Below, piece by piece: positions 25,901-39,726 of a stretch of 64,000 bases of DNA. This stretch comes from Octopus sinensis (taxonomy: Eukaryota). The translations under genes and the position numbers were made by a program. Every line of letters begins with the position of its first letter. Within the stretch, counting starts at the first letter, position 1. Below the pieces are notes generated by a model. It made no database searches. It saw only the letters and a list, made by a program, of their open reading frames with translations, and was not told where the DNA came from. The DNA lies in the NCBI RefSeq assembly GCF_006345805.1, contig NW_021833119.1:19140-83139 (forward strand), written 5' to 3'.

Positions 25901-26269
25901 CAACTACGTTAAGGATACACGTGTCTGTGTACACGTTAATTTCACAAGCAGGCTGCTACGTTCGTCACATATATATATGTATATATATATATCCGGTGGG
26001 AAGAAGAAGGCAATGGGATATTTCCGTACGGTCTCTATTTGCAACGCCACTGATATTTTCTACACCTGAAGAATTCCGGCTTTGGCCTGTATCCCGACAG
26101 TGCTGATAGGCCAGTATTCGGCTCGAGTGCTTCTCTGGAATTACCCAAACTTCACATCCCACCTAACATTATATAGATACATAGATAGGTAGACACATAT
26201 GTAGAGGGTATATACACCCTGTATACATGTGCACCTGTACATATATACACCCTGTATATATGTACATAA

Positions 26270-26547
26270 ATATACATACATATGCATGCATATATGCATA
26301 TATATACATACATATGCATGCATATATACATATATACATATATATATATATACATGCATATATACATATGCATGCATATATGCATATATATATACATACA
26401 TATGCATGCATATATACATATATACATATATATATATATACATGCATATATACATATGCATGCATATATACATATATATACATATGCATGCATATATACA
26501 TATATATACATATGCATGCATATATACATATATATACATATGCATGC

Positions 26548-26588
<41 letters not shown>

Positions 26589-26622
26589 TATACATATATA
26601 TATATACATATGCATGCATATA
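26270..26622. repeat. Minisatellite built on palindromic CATATGCATGCATAT units
   Basis: The unit catatgcatgcatatatacatatatata is repeated many times. Confidence 0.85.
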
Positions 26623-27714
26623 TACTCCCTCCCTCCCTCCCCTCTACTCATCCTTCTCTCACTCTTTCTCTCATTGTCTACCCCTTTCTCTTATCTTCTC
26701 TCTACCTCTCCCTCTCCTACCCTCTCACTCATCCTTCTCTTTTTTACTCTGTCTCACTCTCTCTTCTCACAGTCTCCGCTTCCACTTACTCGTATCTCCA
26801 TTTCGTCCGACTCTCACTCTCAGATCAATTCCTCGGACGATTAACAAAGGGGGCGACCAGAAGAAATAAGAGATGGTCGACTGGTGTCTGGTGTCAAAGA
26901 ACGAGAAAGAGATTGTTTTCTTTCTCTCCCTCACGTTCTCCTCTTCCTCCCCTTCAACACACACACATACATATACACACGCACAAATGCACACAAACAC
27001 ACTCACACGCATACAGGTATCTTGAAAGTGTTATTAGACCCCGGATATAATACCTGGAAAATATTTGGGGGGACTCCTCGCGTTTTAGTTCAAATTTCAG
27101 CTAGGTCAACTTAAATCTCCGTCCTTCCGGATAGATTTCCAATATATAGTATAGTGGATGTATAGTAAGAATGTTGGGCAGGATTTATTCTAGATGTTTG
27201 CGACCTGAGTTCAAACCCAGCTGCCGCATTACTTGACAGGCAGTCTTCATCTATTCCTAACTTTAATATCCACACCCGATGGCAACCAGGGTACTTTTAG
27301 TGGACACGGCGCCCTTGCAAACATTCGAACCAGATCTACGATACGAAGATACCTTCCTGTCAATCTCCGACCAGATACAAACCTTCGGGAAGTTCATGGC
27401 TACAGTCTACGATACGAATTCATAAAATATATGTGTGTGAGTGCGTATGTGTATGAGCGTGTGTGTGAACGAATGTGTAAGCGTATGTGTGTGGTGTGTG
27501 TGTGTGTGAGCGTATGTGTGCGTATGTGTGTGAGCGTATGTATGTGAGCGTGTGAGCGTATGTGTGTGAGCGTATGTATGTATGTGCGTACATGTGTGTA
27601 TGTGTGTGCACATGTGTGTATGTATGCTTGAGCGTGTGTGTGCGCGTGTGTGTGTATGTGTGAGCGTGTGAACGCCACTGTGAACGTGTGTGTGAGTTTA
27701 ATTATGTCAGAGAA

Positions 27715-28000
27715 GGTATGTGGCTTAGTGGTTAGAGTATTCGGCTTACGATCACAGGGTCGTGAGTTCGCTACTCGGCGGCATACCTTGAGCAAGACAC
27801 TTTATTTCTAGTTGCTCCAGTTCACCTACCTGGCAAACATGAGTTGTACCCAACGCTTTCATACATAGTATGTCACGGTGAATCCCCCTGAGAACTCTGT
27901 CAGTGTGCGCATGTCTGTAGAGTACTCAACACGTTGATTTTACAAGCAGGCTGTTATGTTAATCGGATCAACTGGAACCGTCGTAAATGACGGGGATCCA
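27715..28000 (+). mobile_element. tRNA-derived SINE, family C (related copies ~53866-53975 + and ~61431-61565 -)
   Basis: gtggcttagtggttagagtattcggc...gtcgtgagttc head followed by ccttgagcaagacacttta. Confidence 0.7.
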
Positions 28001-28553
28001 GTGTATATAATTGTATATAAATGGATTTTGGCACGAGGGTGAAACGGGCAACGGGAAAAATATACGGCGAAACAGAGAGAATGAAAAAAGGTGTTGACGA
28101 GAGAGAAGACGGGGAAAGAAAAGCAGGGGGTAAGTAGAAGGAAGAGAGAGAGAGTGGGGGAGAGAGGGAGGGAGAGAGTGAGAAGGGTGAGTGCGGGAGG
28201 AGGAGACTTAGAGTGAGAATGAAAAAAGATGAAGAATGCCAAAAACGTTAAAGATATTACAAATAGAATGGCACTAAAATGAGAGGAAAGAATTTGTGTG
28301 TGTGTGTGGGTGGGGGTGAAGAAGTAAAAAAGTGATAGCTTCCTATAAAGAAAGGCAAAAGCAAGAAAGGAGAGAAGGAAGGAAGTGACATGTATGAACA
28401 TTTCAATTAAGAAAAAATATATCATTATTATAAGATGCTGCAAACCAATATGGCACATAATTTTCATATGAATTAATGGAGATGTAATAGCCAGGGAGGA
28501 ATGGGGTATATGTGCGTCGATGTGTATATGTATGGGCGTGGATACATACATAC

Positions 28554-28602
<49 letters not shown>

Positions 28603-28899
28603 CATATATGTATATTTGTGTGTAATTACATATGTATATGTTTAAGCACACACACATACAGAAACATTCATATATATATGTATGTATATATACGCATATT
28701 TGTATGTATATATATTTAACTGAATATATATATATATATATATAATATGAACACACATACACGTACACACACACACATATAGATACTTGTCTGTTTATTG
28801 TTCGTCTATCTAAAGTTATGCATATGTTCATATATACATATGCATCATACATACAAACATTTATGCGTATACACATGCATATAGACACACACAAACACT

Positions 28900-28957
<58 letters not shown>

Positions 28958-29205
28958 ATATATAGCGGTAGATAGGCAGATAGCTAGATATGTATAACAT
29001 ACGCATATTGCATGCACACCACTTTGTTACAATATTACAAATAAAAAAGAAGACATATGTATTTATTTATGTTTTTGTGTCAGCCTGCAAATATATCTGT
29101 GTATACCGAAACACGAGATTGCTGATAAAAATGTCCATAAGAACATCCACTTCACACATGTGTGCGAATCGGTGTTTATATATATATATAAATGTGTGTG
29201 TGTGT

Positions 29206-29271
<66 letters not shown>

Positions 29272-29799
29272 ATGTATGTATGTATGTATGTATGTATTAT
29301 GTATGTATGTATGTATTATTCCACGCGTGCAAGCAAGCGTATGGGTATAAGAGTAACGAGCTGTAATGGCGGTGTAGAGAAGGCCGATGTAAATAAAATT
29401 TCGATTGGGTTTGTTTGCAGACTAATGAGTTACCAGTCGCCGCCATAAGCGTAATCTAATATTTTATGTAAACAATCAAATTAGTGATATATGGTGGTAT
29501 GGCGGTCATTATTGGACCCCTTATGTGTGCTGGTGGTCAAATTATGGTGGTTATCTCCTCCTATCTTCGTTATTGTCGTTGGTCAACCGGGAAAAACGCG
29601 GTAAAGAACGGTAGACAATCTTTTGAAGTGAGCGATGATACATACATATATACATAAACACACACACATATTTATGTACGTATGTATGTATTATGTATGT
29701 ATATATACTTATAGGCATGTGTGTGCGCATACGTATGTTTTATATGTATATACATGTGTGGGTATACATATATATAATGCACACACACACATGTATATA

Positions 29800-29895
29800 T
29801 TAGGTTGTCAAGAAAGTTCTTGCGGTTCTACCTTTAAATTCAGATCCGCATATCTCGGCTCAAACAAAACTTTATCAATCGAAATAAACACCATC
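29800..29895 (+). mobile_element. mariner-type TIR fragment
   Basis: ta-ttaggttgtcaagaaagttcttgcggtt resembles Hsmar1-type TIRs. Confidence 0.5.
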
Positions 29896-29896
29896 A

Positions 29897-30746
29897 GAAA
29901 GTCAGATCTGTAAACAGTTCTACCCATTACACTCGTGGTTACTATTTCAAATGTCCTCGTTTTGGCGCGTTAAATTACCGGAAAAAATGATGCTGCAGAA
30001 AATACGTTACTGCAGTGGCCTTTGCCGGTTAGAGAACGTATTAATTTAAAATGAGGGTGAGAAATTAGATATTGATTTAATTAACATCGATTTCACACCA
30101 GTGGTCCAGCATATAAAAAGACTGAAGGCTCAGTAAATTTGTATTATATACATATTAGAGGGAAATCGATGTATTAAATCAATATCTAATTTCTCACCCT
30201 CATTTTAAAATTAAATTAATAAGTTCTCTAACCGGCAAAGGCCACTGCAGTAAAGTATTTTCTGCAGCATCATTTTTTCCGGTAATTTAGCGCGCCAAAA
30301 CGAGGACATTTGAAATAGTAACCACGAGTGTTATGAGTAGAACTGTTTACATGTCTGACTTTGTGCGGACGTCAAAGTATGCAGTCCTGCAAATTATATT
30401 CATCTGGACGATCACACCGATGATCTACGGACATTTACGTAAGTAAAATAAAGTAATATGTTAATAGTGAAACATGTATGTGAAGAATCCATATTTTTAT
30501 TGCTTTTTCTTTTGTCTTGCTCGATTACATTTTGGTTGTTTTGCTAATTTTTTCTTGAGAACATTTCTTAGTGGTAAGACCATAGCGGATCTATTTCTAG
30601 CATATGGATGTTCACATAGTGGTTTCCCTCTAATATGTATATAATACAATTTTACTGAACCTTCAGTATTTTTGTATGCTGCACCACTGTGTGAAATTGA
30701 TGTTAATTAAATTAATATCTAATTTTTCACCCTCAATTTAAATTTA
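29897..30746 (+). mobile_element. Non-coding hammerhead-bearing element: 531-bp monomer plus terminal redundancy (30162-30746) and an inverted partial copy (29897-30165)
   Basis: gaaat(c/t)gatg...ttcaccctca recurs at 30162 and 30693. 29897-30094 is the reverse complement of 30162-30362. Homologous to 58203-58789. Confidence 0.85.
30412..30483 (+). ncRNA. Type I hammerhead ribozyme motif (U4C variant)
   Basis: Stem I tcaca/tgtga, core CCGATGA, long stem II, GAAA, palindromic stem III ACATGT, cleavage triplet GUA. Confidence 0.75.
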
Positions 30747-30754
30747 TATATATA

Positions 30755-31924
30755 CAGGAGTTGGACAAAATAATGGAAACACCTAGCATCATAATTTTGA
30801 AATATCTATAAAACCGTCAAAAGCGTGTTTATTTTTATGCTTATTTATTATTATTGTTTCTTAATGTTTTGCTAAAATTGCTGTTTTTTTTCAGATGCCA
30901 TTAGAAAAAGGTAATTAAAATTCATTGAAATGACAGATCTATCGGACTTTCAAAGAGATCAAATTGTTGGTACTCGGATGGCAGGCGCTAGCGTAATGAA
31001 AACAGCTGAAATGTGTCGTGTAACAAGAAGTACTGACTTGAAAGTAATGATAACCTTTGAGGAAGAGGGAAAAACCTCCTCGTCGAAACAAAACTCCGGA
31101 TGGAACTCAAAACTTTCAGATAGGTGTCGTCGGATTCGTACGCGAATTGTTAAAAAGGATCACAAAAGTACAGCTCCCAAAATTACTGCAGAGCTTAATG
31201 ACCACCTCGAAAACCCAGTTTTCACAAAAACTGTTCGCCGGGAACTGCACAAGGCCGGATTTCATGGGAGGGCTGCAATCAGAAAACCACTACTTTCAAA
31301 ATCAAACGTTTCAAAGTGTTTAGTATGGAGTAAAAGCCTACAGAATTAGTCCCTACATCAGTGGAAGAATGTTATTTTCTCAGACGTGTCATCCTTTACC
31401 TCATTTCTGACCACCGGCCGAGTATACGTGTGGAGACAGCCAAGACAAGCATTTAACCCAGACTGCCATCTTCCAAATGTTAAACATAGAGGAGGTTCTG
31501 TAATTATCTGTAGGTGGGGGGAAGGCTATATCTTGGGAATCCGCCGGCCCAATGGATTTTCTTCATGGCAGAATTAATAATACTTAAGCATTTTGTCTGA
31601 TCAAATTCATCCTAAGGTTGCGGAACTGTTTCCGGAGGGAAACCTCATCTTTCAGGATGATAATGCACCAATTCAGACAGCTAAAGTTGTTACTGAATGG
31701 CACGAGGAACATTCTAGTGGCCACCACAGTACCCAGACCTCTATATTATTGAACATTTATGGTGCAAGTAACGAGTCGATATCCTCCACCATCATCACTA
31801 CAGGAACTGGAGACTGTTTTAGCTGAAGAATGGGCAAAAATTACTTTGGAAACAAACGTTTCGTACAATTCAAGCTGTAATTACTGCCAAAGGCGGTCCT
31901 TATCCATATTAAAATAAATTTGCT

Positions 31925-31925
<1 letters not shown>
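30755..31925 (+). mobile_element. Tc1-like transposon, decayed, right TIR missing
   Basis: Left TIR ta-caggagttggacaaaataatggaaacacc. Transposase MTDLSDFQRDQIVG...RKPLLS, VIFSD, FQDDNAPI, WPPQYPDL.IIEHLW. Confidence 0.9.
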
Positions 31926-31984
<59 letters not shown>

Positions 31985-32117
31985 GTGTGTGTGTGTGTGT
32001 GTGTGTATGTGTGTGTTTGTATATGTGCTTGTGTGTATGTAAGTATGTTTATACGTATGAGAATGGAGTAGAATTGATGAAAATTATGTATGTAATTGAT
32101 GTATAAATACGCATTTG

Positions 32118-32151
<34 letters not shown>

Positions 32152-33499
32152 ATACACACACACACTATATATATATTGTATACATACACTATATATATAT
32201 ATTTTCTACTTAACTCTCTTGTTTCACTTTCTCGTCTCCTGTTCTTTCTGACTTCATCAAACTACATCCTGTCACAGCTATTTTGGTGCCAATGCCAATA
32301 TAATTCTCGATTTTATTCTATAAAATCGTCTCGTGGCGCTGGTTCTACCGGCGACCAGCAGAAACATATCGTTTGGATCATCTTGATATTGGTTCATTAC
32401 ACAAAACATCTGCTTTCTGTAATATAGTTTGAGTCCCTAAACTCTGTTTCATGGCAGCGCCGAACTAGTTTATTTATCATAAATTCTTCATCGAACACCG
32501 TTGAGATTATTTATTTATTTACTGCTTAAAGACAACGGAATGCGGCCATGCTTGAGCACTACCGTGTAAGGGTAGCCCGAGTAAATGGCCCACAGAATTA
32601 ATTCAAAGTCTATTTTGTTTCCTATGGTCCATCTTCAGCACACCACGAGTACATAAACAAACCAACACCGAGGTGCAGACAAATATCTTCCCATTTGCAG
32701 AGAGAGAAAGAGAAAGACAGACACACCTATATAGATATGCATTTCTATAAATATATGCTTCGAATGCAAAGTACCTAATCGTGGGATAGAATCCAGAGCC
32801 ATAAAACTAACCTCTGAAATCAAGCTGACCATCATAAACATTGGTCTAGTATTGGTCACACCATACACTATATTCTTTGAGCTGAAAGGATGTAGTTAAA
32901 GTGTATCTTGGACCACATTACCCAATGTATTTTTCTATTTAATAGCCGACTGGTAAATTGACTGCTATTTTTAGCAGCTCTTCTAACCACGTGATAGAAC
33001 ATCCGTCGGCGTCGACGATGACAATTTCAGTCATTCAGTCACTTCAGCTACTTGTATTAACATGTAAGTGGCTGAGTGCTCCACAGACACATGTGGTGAT
33101 GATGGTAGTTTCTTGAGCCAACCTGATGTTATGATAAAGTATATGATGTCACAAAGAGGGATCAAGCCCAACATTTTGGGATTGAAAAACAGACTCCTTA
33201 GCTCCATACAGTGCCAACGTGCAGTCACCACGTTGTAGCCACCGTGTAGAATTCTAAGATTGAAAATTATGGAAATTCGCAGAAATTTGATATAATTTCT
33301 TAAATCTTATTGTTTTGTCCAAGACAAGAAAATGTCAAAAATAATCGAACCGAAACTTATAACCAGATTCCAAAACCAATATTCTGTTTTATCGATTTGT
33401 CATTACCTATCTGTGAAACATTGCAAATTGAGTGACCGGAGTAATAATCTTGGCAATCAATGCTAATCGATAAATCAGAGGTGTTGTTTAGATTGGACC

Positions 33500-34055
33500 C
33501 CTGCTGATGGGAGTGGGGGTGGTGGTGGTGGTGATATTGAAAGTTGAGGTAGCAGCAATAGAGGGATTGTCGGTGGGTATGGTGATGATGATGGCGGAGT
33601 TTGAAGTGGTTGCGGGTGGAGGAGATATTTGGGTAGTTCCTTTGTAGCCCATGGTGTTTTTGGCGGCGGTGGCATTGGTAGTAGTTGTTTTGGTGTTATT
33701 CTTGTGGTGATGGAAAATGGTGGAGGTGGTGGTGACGGTCATAGTGGTCGTGGTGGTAGAAGTGACGGTGACAGATGGTGGTGGAGGTAGTGATAGAGGT
33801 GACGGTTGTGGTGGTGGTGGTAGTGGTGGTGGTGGAGGAGGCGGGGGAAGTGGTGGCGGCGGCACTGGGGTGGTGGTGGAGTCACTGGTGGAGGCAACGG
33901 TGGAGGCGGTGGTGGAGACAACGGTGGTGGAGACAACGGTGGTGGAGACAACGGTGGAGGAGGTGGTGGAGACAACGGTGGAGGAGGTGATGGAGATGGT
34001 GGTGGCGGCGGCAGTGGTGGAGGTGGCGGCGTAGGCGGTGACAGCAGTGGTGTGG
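33500..34055. repeat. (GGT)n-rich low-complexity tract with 15-18 bp ggtggagacaacggt minisatellite
   Basis: Direct inspection. Confidence 0.85.
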
Positions 34056-35325
34056 TAGCAGGGTGACCTGAAAGCTGAAATCCAGCCTGATATCATTCTT
34101 AGCAGATTTTGGCCATAAAATACTAAGGCTTTGAGGCCAACGAGTCAGTTTTCCATCCATCTCAGATCCCGAAGATGTGAACTTTGAGGCTCTGAATTAG
34201 CAAGACCTTAAATTAACATGGAAGTGGATGAGTATTCCTCAGACGTGTGTACCATTAATGTAATTCTTATGCAGAATTCTCGTGACTTTAGCGGGTGACA
34301 AGGCTGGTCCTGGAATGGGAAACACAGCCCACTGGGCAGGCTTCGGCCTATTTTCTGCCAACCCAGTTCTATTGACAAGTTCTGGGCTGACCCAAGTCTA
34401 TGGAGACATTTGATCACACCCGGGAAGGCGTGAGAGAGGGAGACAAAAAAGAGAGGGGTGAGAGGGGGAGAAAGAGAGATGGGCAGGTTGGAGGAAGGTA
34501 GCTGCAGAAGGGGGTATGGGAAAGAAGAAGAAGGGGAGAGAGGGTAAAGAGGAAGGTAAGTTGCATGGAAATAGGTTTGTCGATAAAAAGAGAGCAAAAA
34601 TGTTATGTGAGTGTTGTAGTGGGATCGCGAGGAAGTTCATTTAAACATGCTATATCCTCTTGGCAGTAACGCGATCTGCTAAAGTTAGCAGTCAATAACA
34701 ATGCAAAAGAGCCCCTTGAAGGTCGATAAACCTGCTAGAAACAGCAGATAAATCTCATCGAAATAGCATTGGGTAACCTTGGGCTAATAGCAACACAAAA
34801 TCCACGCGGGAGAGCAGCGACACCAAAACAATAACGTGAGTCTTTCTCTTGGGACTTTTCTTTGTCCCATTCTCAATTTCCGCTTCTTTAACTCTTTCTC
34901 TCTCTCTCTATTTTTCTGTCTACCAATCTATGAACCTGTTTGCCTATCTCTTTATCGCTCTCTCATTATCGTTCTCTCTCTCTCTCTCTCTCTTAACAGT
35001 TCTAATTCTATGAATATATTTCATTTAATTATATCTCTCACCCTCTCTTCTTCTCTTCCTTTACGCACACACACTCATTCATTATTTTCCCTTATCACAA
35101 AATTATTATTTCACAAAATCTCTTTTCTGCGTGATTTATTGAAATTATCTTCCCATTATTCAGTGAACGAAGACGGTGTATCTGGATTAGTTTCTATCAC
35201 ATTCTCCACAAAATATATGCATGAACACATAATATACATATTATATATATATATTCATTTATATATATATATACATACGCGTTTCTACATATATGTGTAT
35301 ATATACACATCTATATACATACGTA

Positions 35326-35370
<45 letters not shown>

Positions 35371-35605
35371 TTATATATAGATATGTATATACATTTATTT
35401 ATATACATACATGCCTTTCTAAATATGTGTAGATACACACATGTTTGTATATATACATTTATATACATAATAGATATGTATGTATACATGTATGCAAATA
35501 CATTGGTTATTGAAACTAAATATTTATATCGTGGTTTCACGCCACTACGTCCTTCAAGCAAGAAGACACACACACATACATGGATGGGGTGCATACACCT
35601 ATATA

Positions 35606-35650
<45 letters not shown>

Positions 35651-35942
35651 TCTTTATTCTCTTCACCCAGTTCCCCCTATTTTCTATTTTCATTTAACCA
35701 CTAATATTAAAACTCTTAATCCATGGATATTTTCTGCGGATTAAACTCAATCAATTCCTTCAAATGAGTTAATGGCTTCTCCGCCATCGCCTTCCTGCTC
35801 CCTTATATACGTTTATTAGCTTCATCCTCCTTTTTCCTTCTCCCTCTCCTCCACACCGCATCATCATTCAAGTCTCTCTCCCCCTCCTCATTATAGTCAT
35901 CCGTCAATGTGTACAATTATGTATGTTTAAACATATATAAAC

Positions 35943-35993
<51 letters not shown>

Positions 35994-36740
35994 CGTGTGT
36001 GTGTGCGTGCATGTGTCTATATATATGTGTGTGTGTGTGTGTGTATGTATATGCATATATATGTATATATTTGAAATATGTGTGAGTATATATATTTATA
36101 GAAATATATATGCACCCACATATACATATATATATATATACACACGCACACATGTATTTTTATGTGTGTGTGTGTGTATGCACACATGCATGCAGATACA
36201 TATATAGATGTTTGCGTGAATGTGTGTGTGCGCTTGATGCAAATGTGTTTATTGTTCCGTGTATGCATATACCGTGCGTGAGCACTGTATGTACGAGAGC
36301 TGTTCATACATGCGTGTATATTTGTGTTGAGAAACCCGCAAAACTTAATTATAAACTATACATGGATGCTTAATTAATTGCAAAATACAACCCCAATCCC
36401 AGCACACAGAGATCGATCATAAATGAAAAATCCGAAAATAATCATGAAGTTAACTGCGAAACAATTTTTAAAAAGAGTAATGACGATTATTATCAGTTAC
36501 AATTTCCTCGTGATCCTTTCCTGCCTAATACTTAACGCAGTAACATCACATGACGTTATGGTCATTTCACTGTGATGAGGCTAAACTGTTCCTATAATAT
36601 ACATATAGACATGCATTCAGACATATATATATAGTTAATCCAAACAAGAAAACACAGAAAAAAACAGAGAAAAACACAGCAACGCGAGGACGTGGAACAA
36701 TTAAAGTATTATTTGACGCTCAGGAAAGAAGGGAAGGAGG

Positions 36741-36775
36741 GTTTAACGTTTCGAGCGGAGCTCTTCGTCGGAAAC
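36741..36775 (-). ncRNA. Minimal type I hammerhead ribozyme motif (Penelope-type)
   Basis: Minus strand: gttt CCGACGA a gagc-tcc-gctc GAAA CG TT aaac. Stem I gttt/aaac, palindromic AACGTT stem III. Confidence 0.75.
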
Positions 36776-36919
36776 AAGGAGAAGGAAAGATCCCGAGAAG
36801 GGAAGACAGAGGAAAAAAATTTTTTTACTGGTGGTGCTCAAGAGATCACATGTTGAAAGAACAGAAGTTGAAAGGTAGACGAATCATGATTTTTAAAAAC
36901 AAGAGTTTCATAGACAAGG

Positions 36920-39630
36920 AATGTGTGTGGGTGCGTGTGTGTATGTGTATGTGTGCAAGTGTGTTTGTGCGTGCGTGCGTGTGCATGTGTGTGTGTGTAT
37001 GTATGGTGAATAATAGGCATGGAAAGCTAGCTGTCATAAAGGAGTGGCACTATTTTGTATCCAGCGAGGTCAAAACCAGGTCAAAAAACAAAGGGGTATA
37101 TGTGTGTGCGTGTAAGTATATGTATCATGTGTATGTGTTGTTTGTAGTGTGTGTGTGTGTGCATGTGTGTGTTCGTGTTTGTATGCGTAGAGTTTGGGTG
37201 TGTGGCGAGTAACTGTGCTTAACCTAGTGTATGTATGCGTGTGTGCTTGTACTTGCGTGTGTGTTCGTGTGTGTATGCGTAGAGTTTGGGTGTGTGGCGA
37301 GTAACTGTGCTTAACCTAGTGTATGTATGCGTGTGTGCTTGTACTTGCGTGTGTGTAGGGATGTATGTGTGGGTTCATTTGTGTGAGTGTGTATGTATGT
37401 ACGTGTATGTGTGTGCGTGTATGTGTGCGTTTGTATGTGTTTATGTGTATGTATGCGGCTGGTGTATATTGTGTATGTGAGTTTGTGTGTGTTTGTACGT
37501 GTGTATGTGTGTGTGCGTGTATAGTATATAGATGTAAATGTGTGTGTGTGTGCGTGTGTGTGTACGTGCGTGCGAGTGAATGTATGTATATATGTGTGAG
37601 TGTGTACAATGTAGAGGCTTATATGTGTGTTTATATGTTTATATGTGTGTATGTATTTATGTATGTGTGTATGTGTGTGTGTGCGTGTATGTCTGTGTGT
37701 GTGTATGTATGTGTATGTATGTATGTGTGCATGCGTGTATGTGTATGTATGTAAGTATATGTATGTATCTATGTATGTATGTGTGTACGTATGTGTGTGT
37801 GTGTTTGTACGTGTGTATGTGAGTATGTATGTGGGTATATGTATGCGTGTGTGTATGTATGTATGTGTGTATGTGTGTGTGTGTATATGCGTGTGTATGT
37901 ATGTGTGTGTATGTATGTGTGCCTGCGTGTATGTGTGCATGTGTGTGTGTATGCATGTATGTATATGTATGGGCGTATGTATGTATCTATGTATGTATGT
38001 ATGTGTGTATGTGTGTGTATGTGTATGTATATGTATGTGTGTGTATGTGTGTATGTATGTAAGTGTGTATGTGTGTGTGTATGTATGTATGTATGTATAT
38101 GTGTGTGTATGTACGTATGTATGTGTGTATGTATGTATTTATGCATGCGTGTATGTGTGTATATATGTGTGTCTGTGTATATACGTATGTATGTACGTGT
38201 GTGTGTATGTATGAATGTGTGCGTGCGTGTGTGTGTATGTGTGTGTGTATGTATATGTATGTTTGTGCATGTATGTATCTATGTATGTATGTGTGTATGT
38301 ATGTGTGTATATATGTATGTATGTGCGTGTATATATGTATATGTGTATGTGTATGTATGTATGTATATGTACGCGTGTGTGTATGTATGTATGTGTATGT
38401 ATGTATGTGTGTATAGTATGTATGTGTGTGTTTGTATGTATGTATGTGTATGTATGTATGTGTGCATGCGTGTATGTGTGCATGTGTGTGACTGTATGTA
38501 TGTATATATGTGTCTATGTATGTATGTGTGTATGTATGCGTGTGTGTACGTATGTATGTGTGTATGTGTGTGTGTGTATGTATGTATATGTATGCGTGTG
38601 TGTATGTAAGTATGTGTGTATGTATGTATGTGTATTATGTGTGTGTGTGTATGTATGTGTGTATGTGTGTGTGTATGTATGTGTGTGTATGTATGTAAGT
38701 ATGTATGTAAGTGTGTGTGTGTATGTATGTATGTGCGTATGTATGTGTGTGTATGTATGTGTATATATGTATGTGTGCATGTGTGTATGTGTGTATGTGC
38801 GTGTGTGTACGTATGTATGTATATGTATGTGTGTGTGTATGTATGTATCTATGTATGTATGTATGTGTGTATGTGCGTGTATGTGTGCGTGTATGTATGT
38901 ATGTATATGTATGTGTGTGTATGTGTGTGTATGTATGTATGTATGTATGTGTATGTGTATATGTATGTATGTGTGTGTATGTATGTTTGTATGTGTGTGT
39001 GTATGTATGTATGTGTATATGTTTGTATGTATGTATGTATGTGTGTGTATATATGTGTATGTATGTATGTGTGTGTGCGTGTGTGTATGGGTATGTGTGT
39101 GTATGTATATGTATGTGTGTGTATGTATGTATGTATGTATGTGTGTATGTATGTATGTGTGCATATGTGTATGTGTGTGTATGTATGTGTGTATGTATGT
39201 ATTTGTGTATTTATGTATGTGTGTGTGTATGTATTATGTATGCGTGTGTGTGTGTATGTATGTATGTATGAATGTATCTATGTATGTATTATGTGTGTGT
39301 ACGTATGTGTGTGTGTGAATGTATGCGTGTAGGGGGGGTTGGAGTTGTGTGGGCGTAAGGTACATGCGCGTGCTTGCGTGCGTGTGTGCGCTTACGTGCG
39401 TGTATCTGTGCGTCTCAGCTAGGTGTTTATAGGAGTGTGCTATCTGTATGAGTATTGTCCCTGGTGTTTGTGCACGAGCATGTCTGTGTGTGCGCGTGGG
39501 GGTGTGTGAGTGTGTGGGTGTGTGTATAGGTGTGGAAGTATGTATGCGTACATGTGCATGTACGTTGTGTGTGTGTGGTGTGTTGGGAGTAGGTGTGTTC
39601 GTGGGTACGTGAGTATGTGTGTGTGTGTGA
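36920..39630. repeat. ~2.7-kb compound (TG)n/(TATG)n microsatellite
   Basis: Direct inspection; includes a ~90-bp local duplication near 37170-37350. Confidence 0.95.
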
Positions 39631-39726
39631 CTGCATAAGGACAATTATAAAAAATAAAAATAAAAAAATATTTAAAAAATAAATAAAAAATAAAAGATTC
39701 TAGTGGGGAGAAGTGGAGCGCAGTCA

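Noticed and set aside
33488-34160. Mucin-like Thr/Pro or Gly/Val ORFs
   Set aside because: Derived from (GGT)n repeats and open in several frames on both strands; no splice or codon evidence for a real exon.
35525-35560. Minus-strand ttgaagg-acgt-agtg-gcgt-GAAA motif
   Set aside because: Core has two mismatches, stem III is not palindromic, and there is no stem I.
37311-39332. Overlapping 200-370 aa ORFs of C/V/M/Y
   Set aside because: (TG)n/(TATG)n artefacts.
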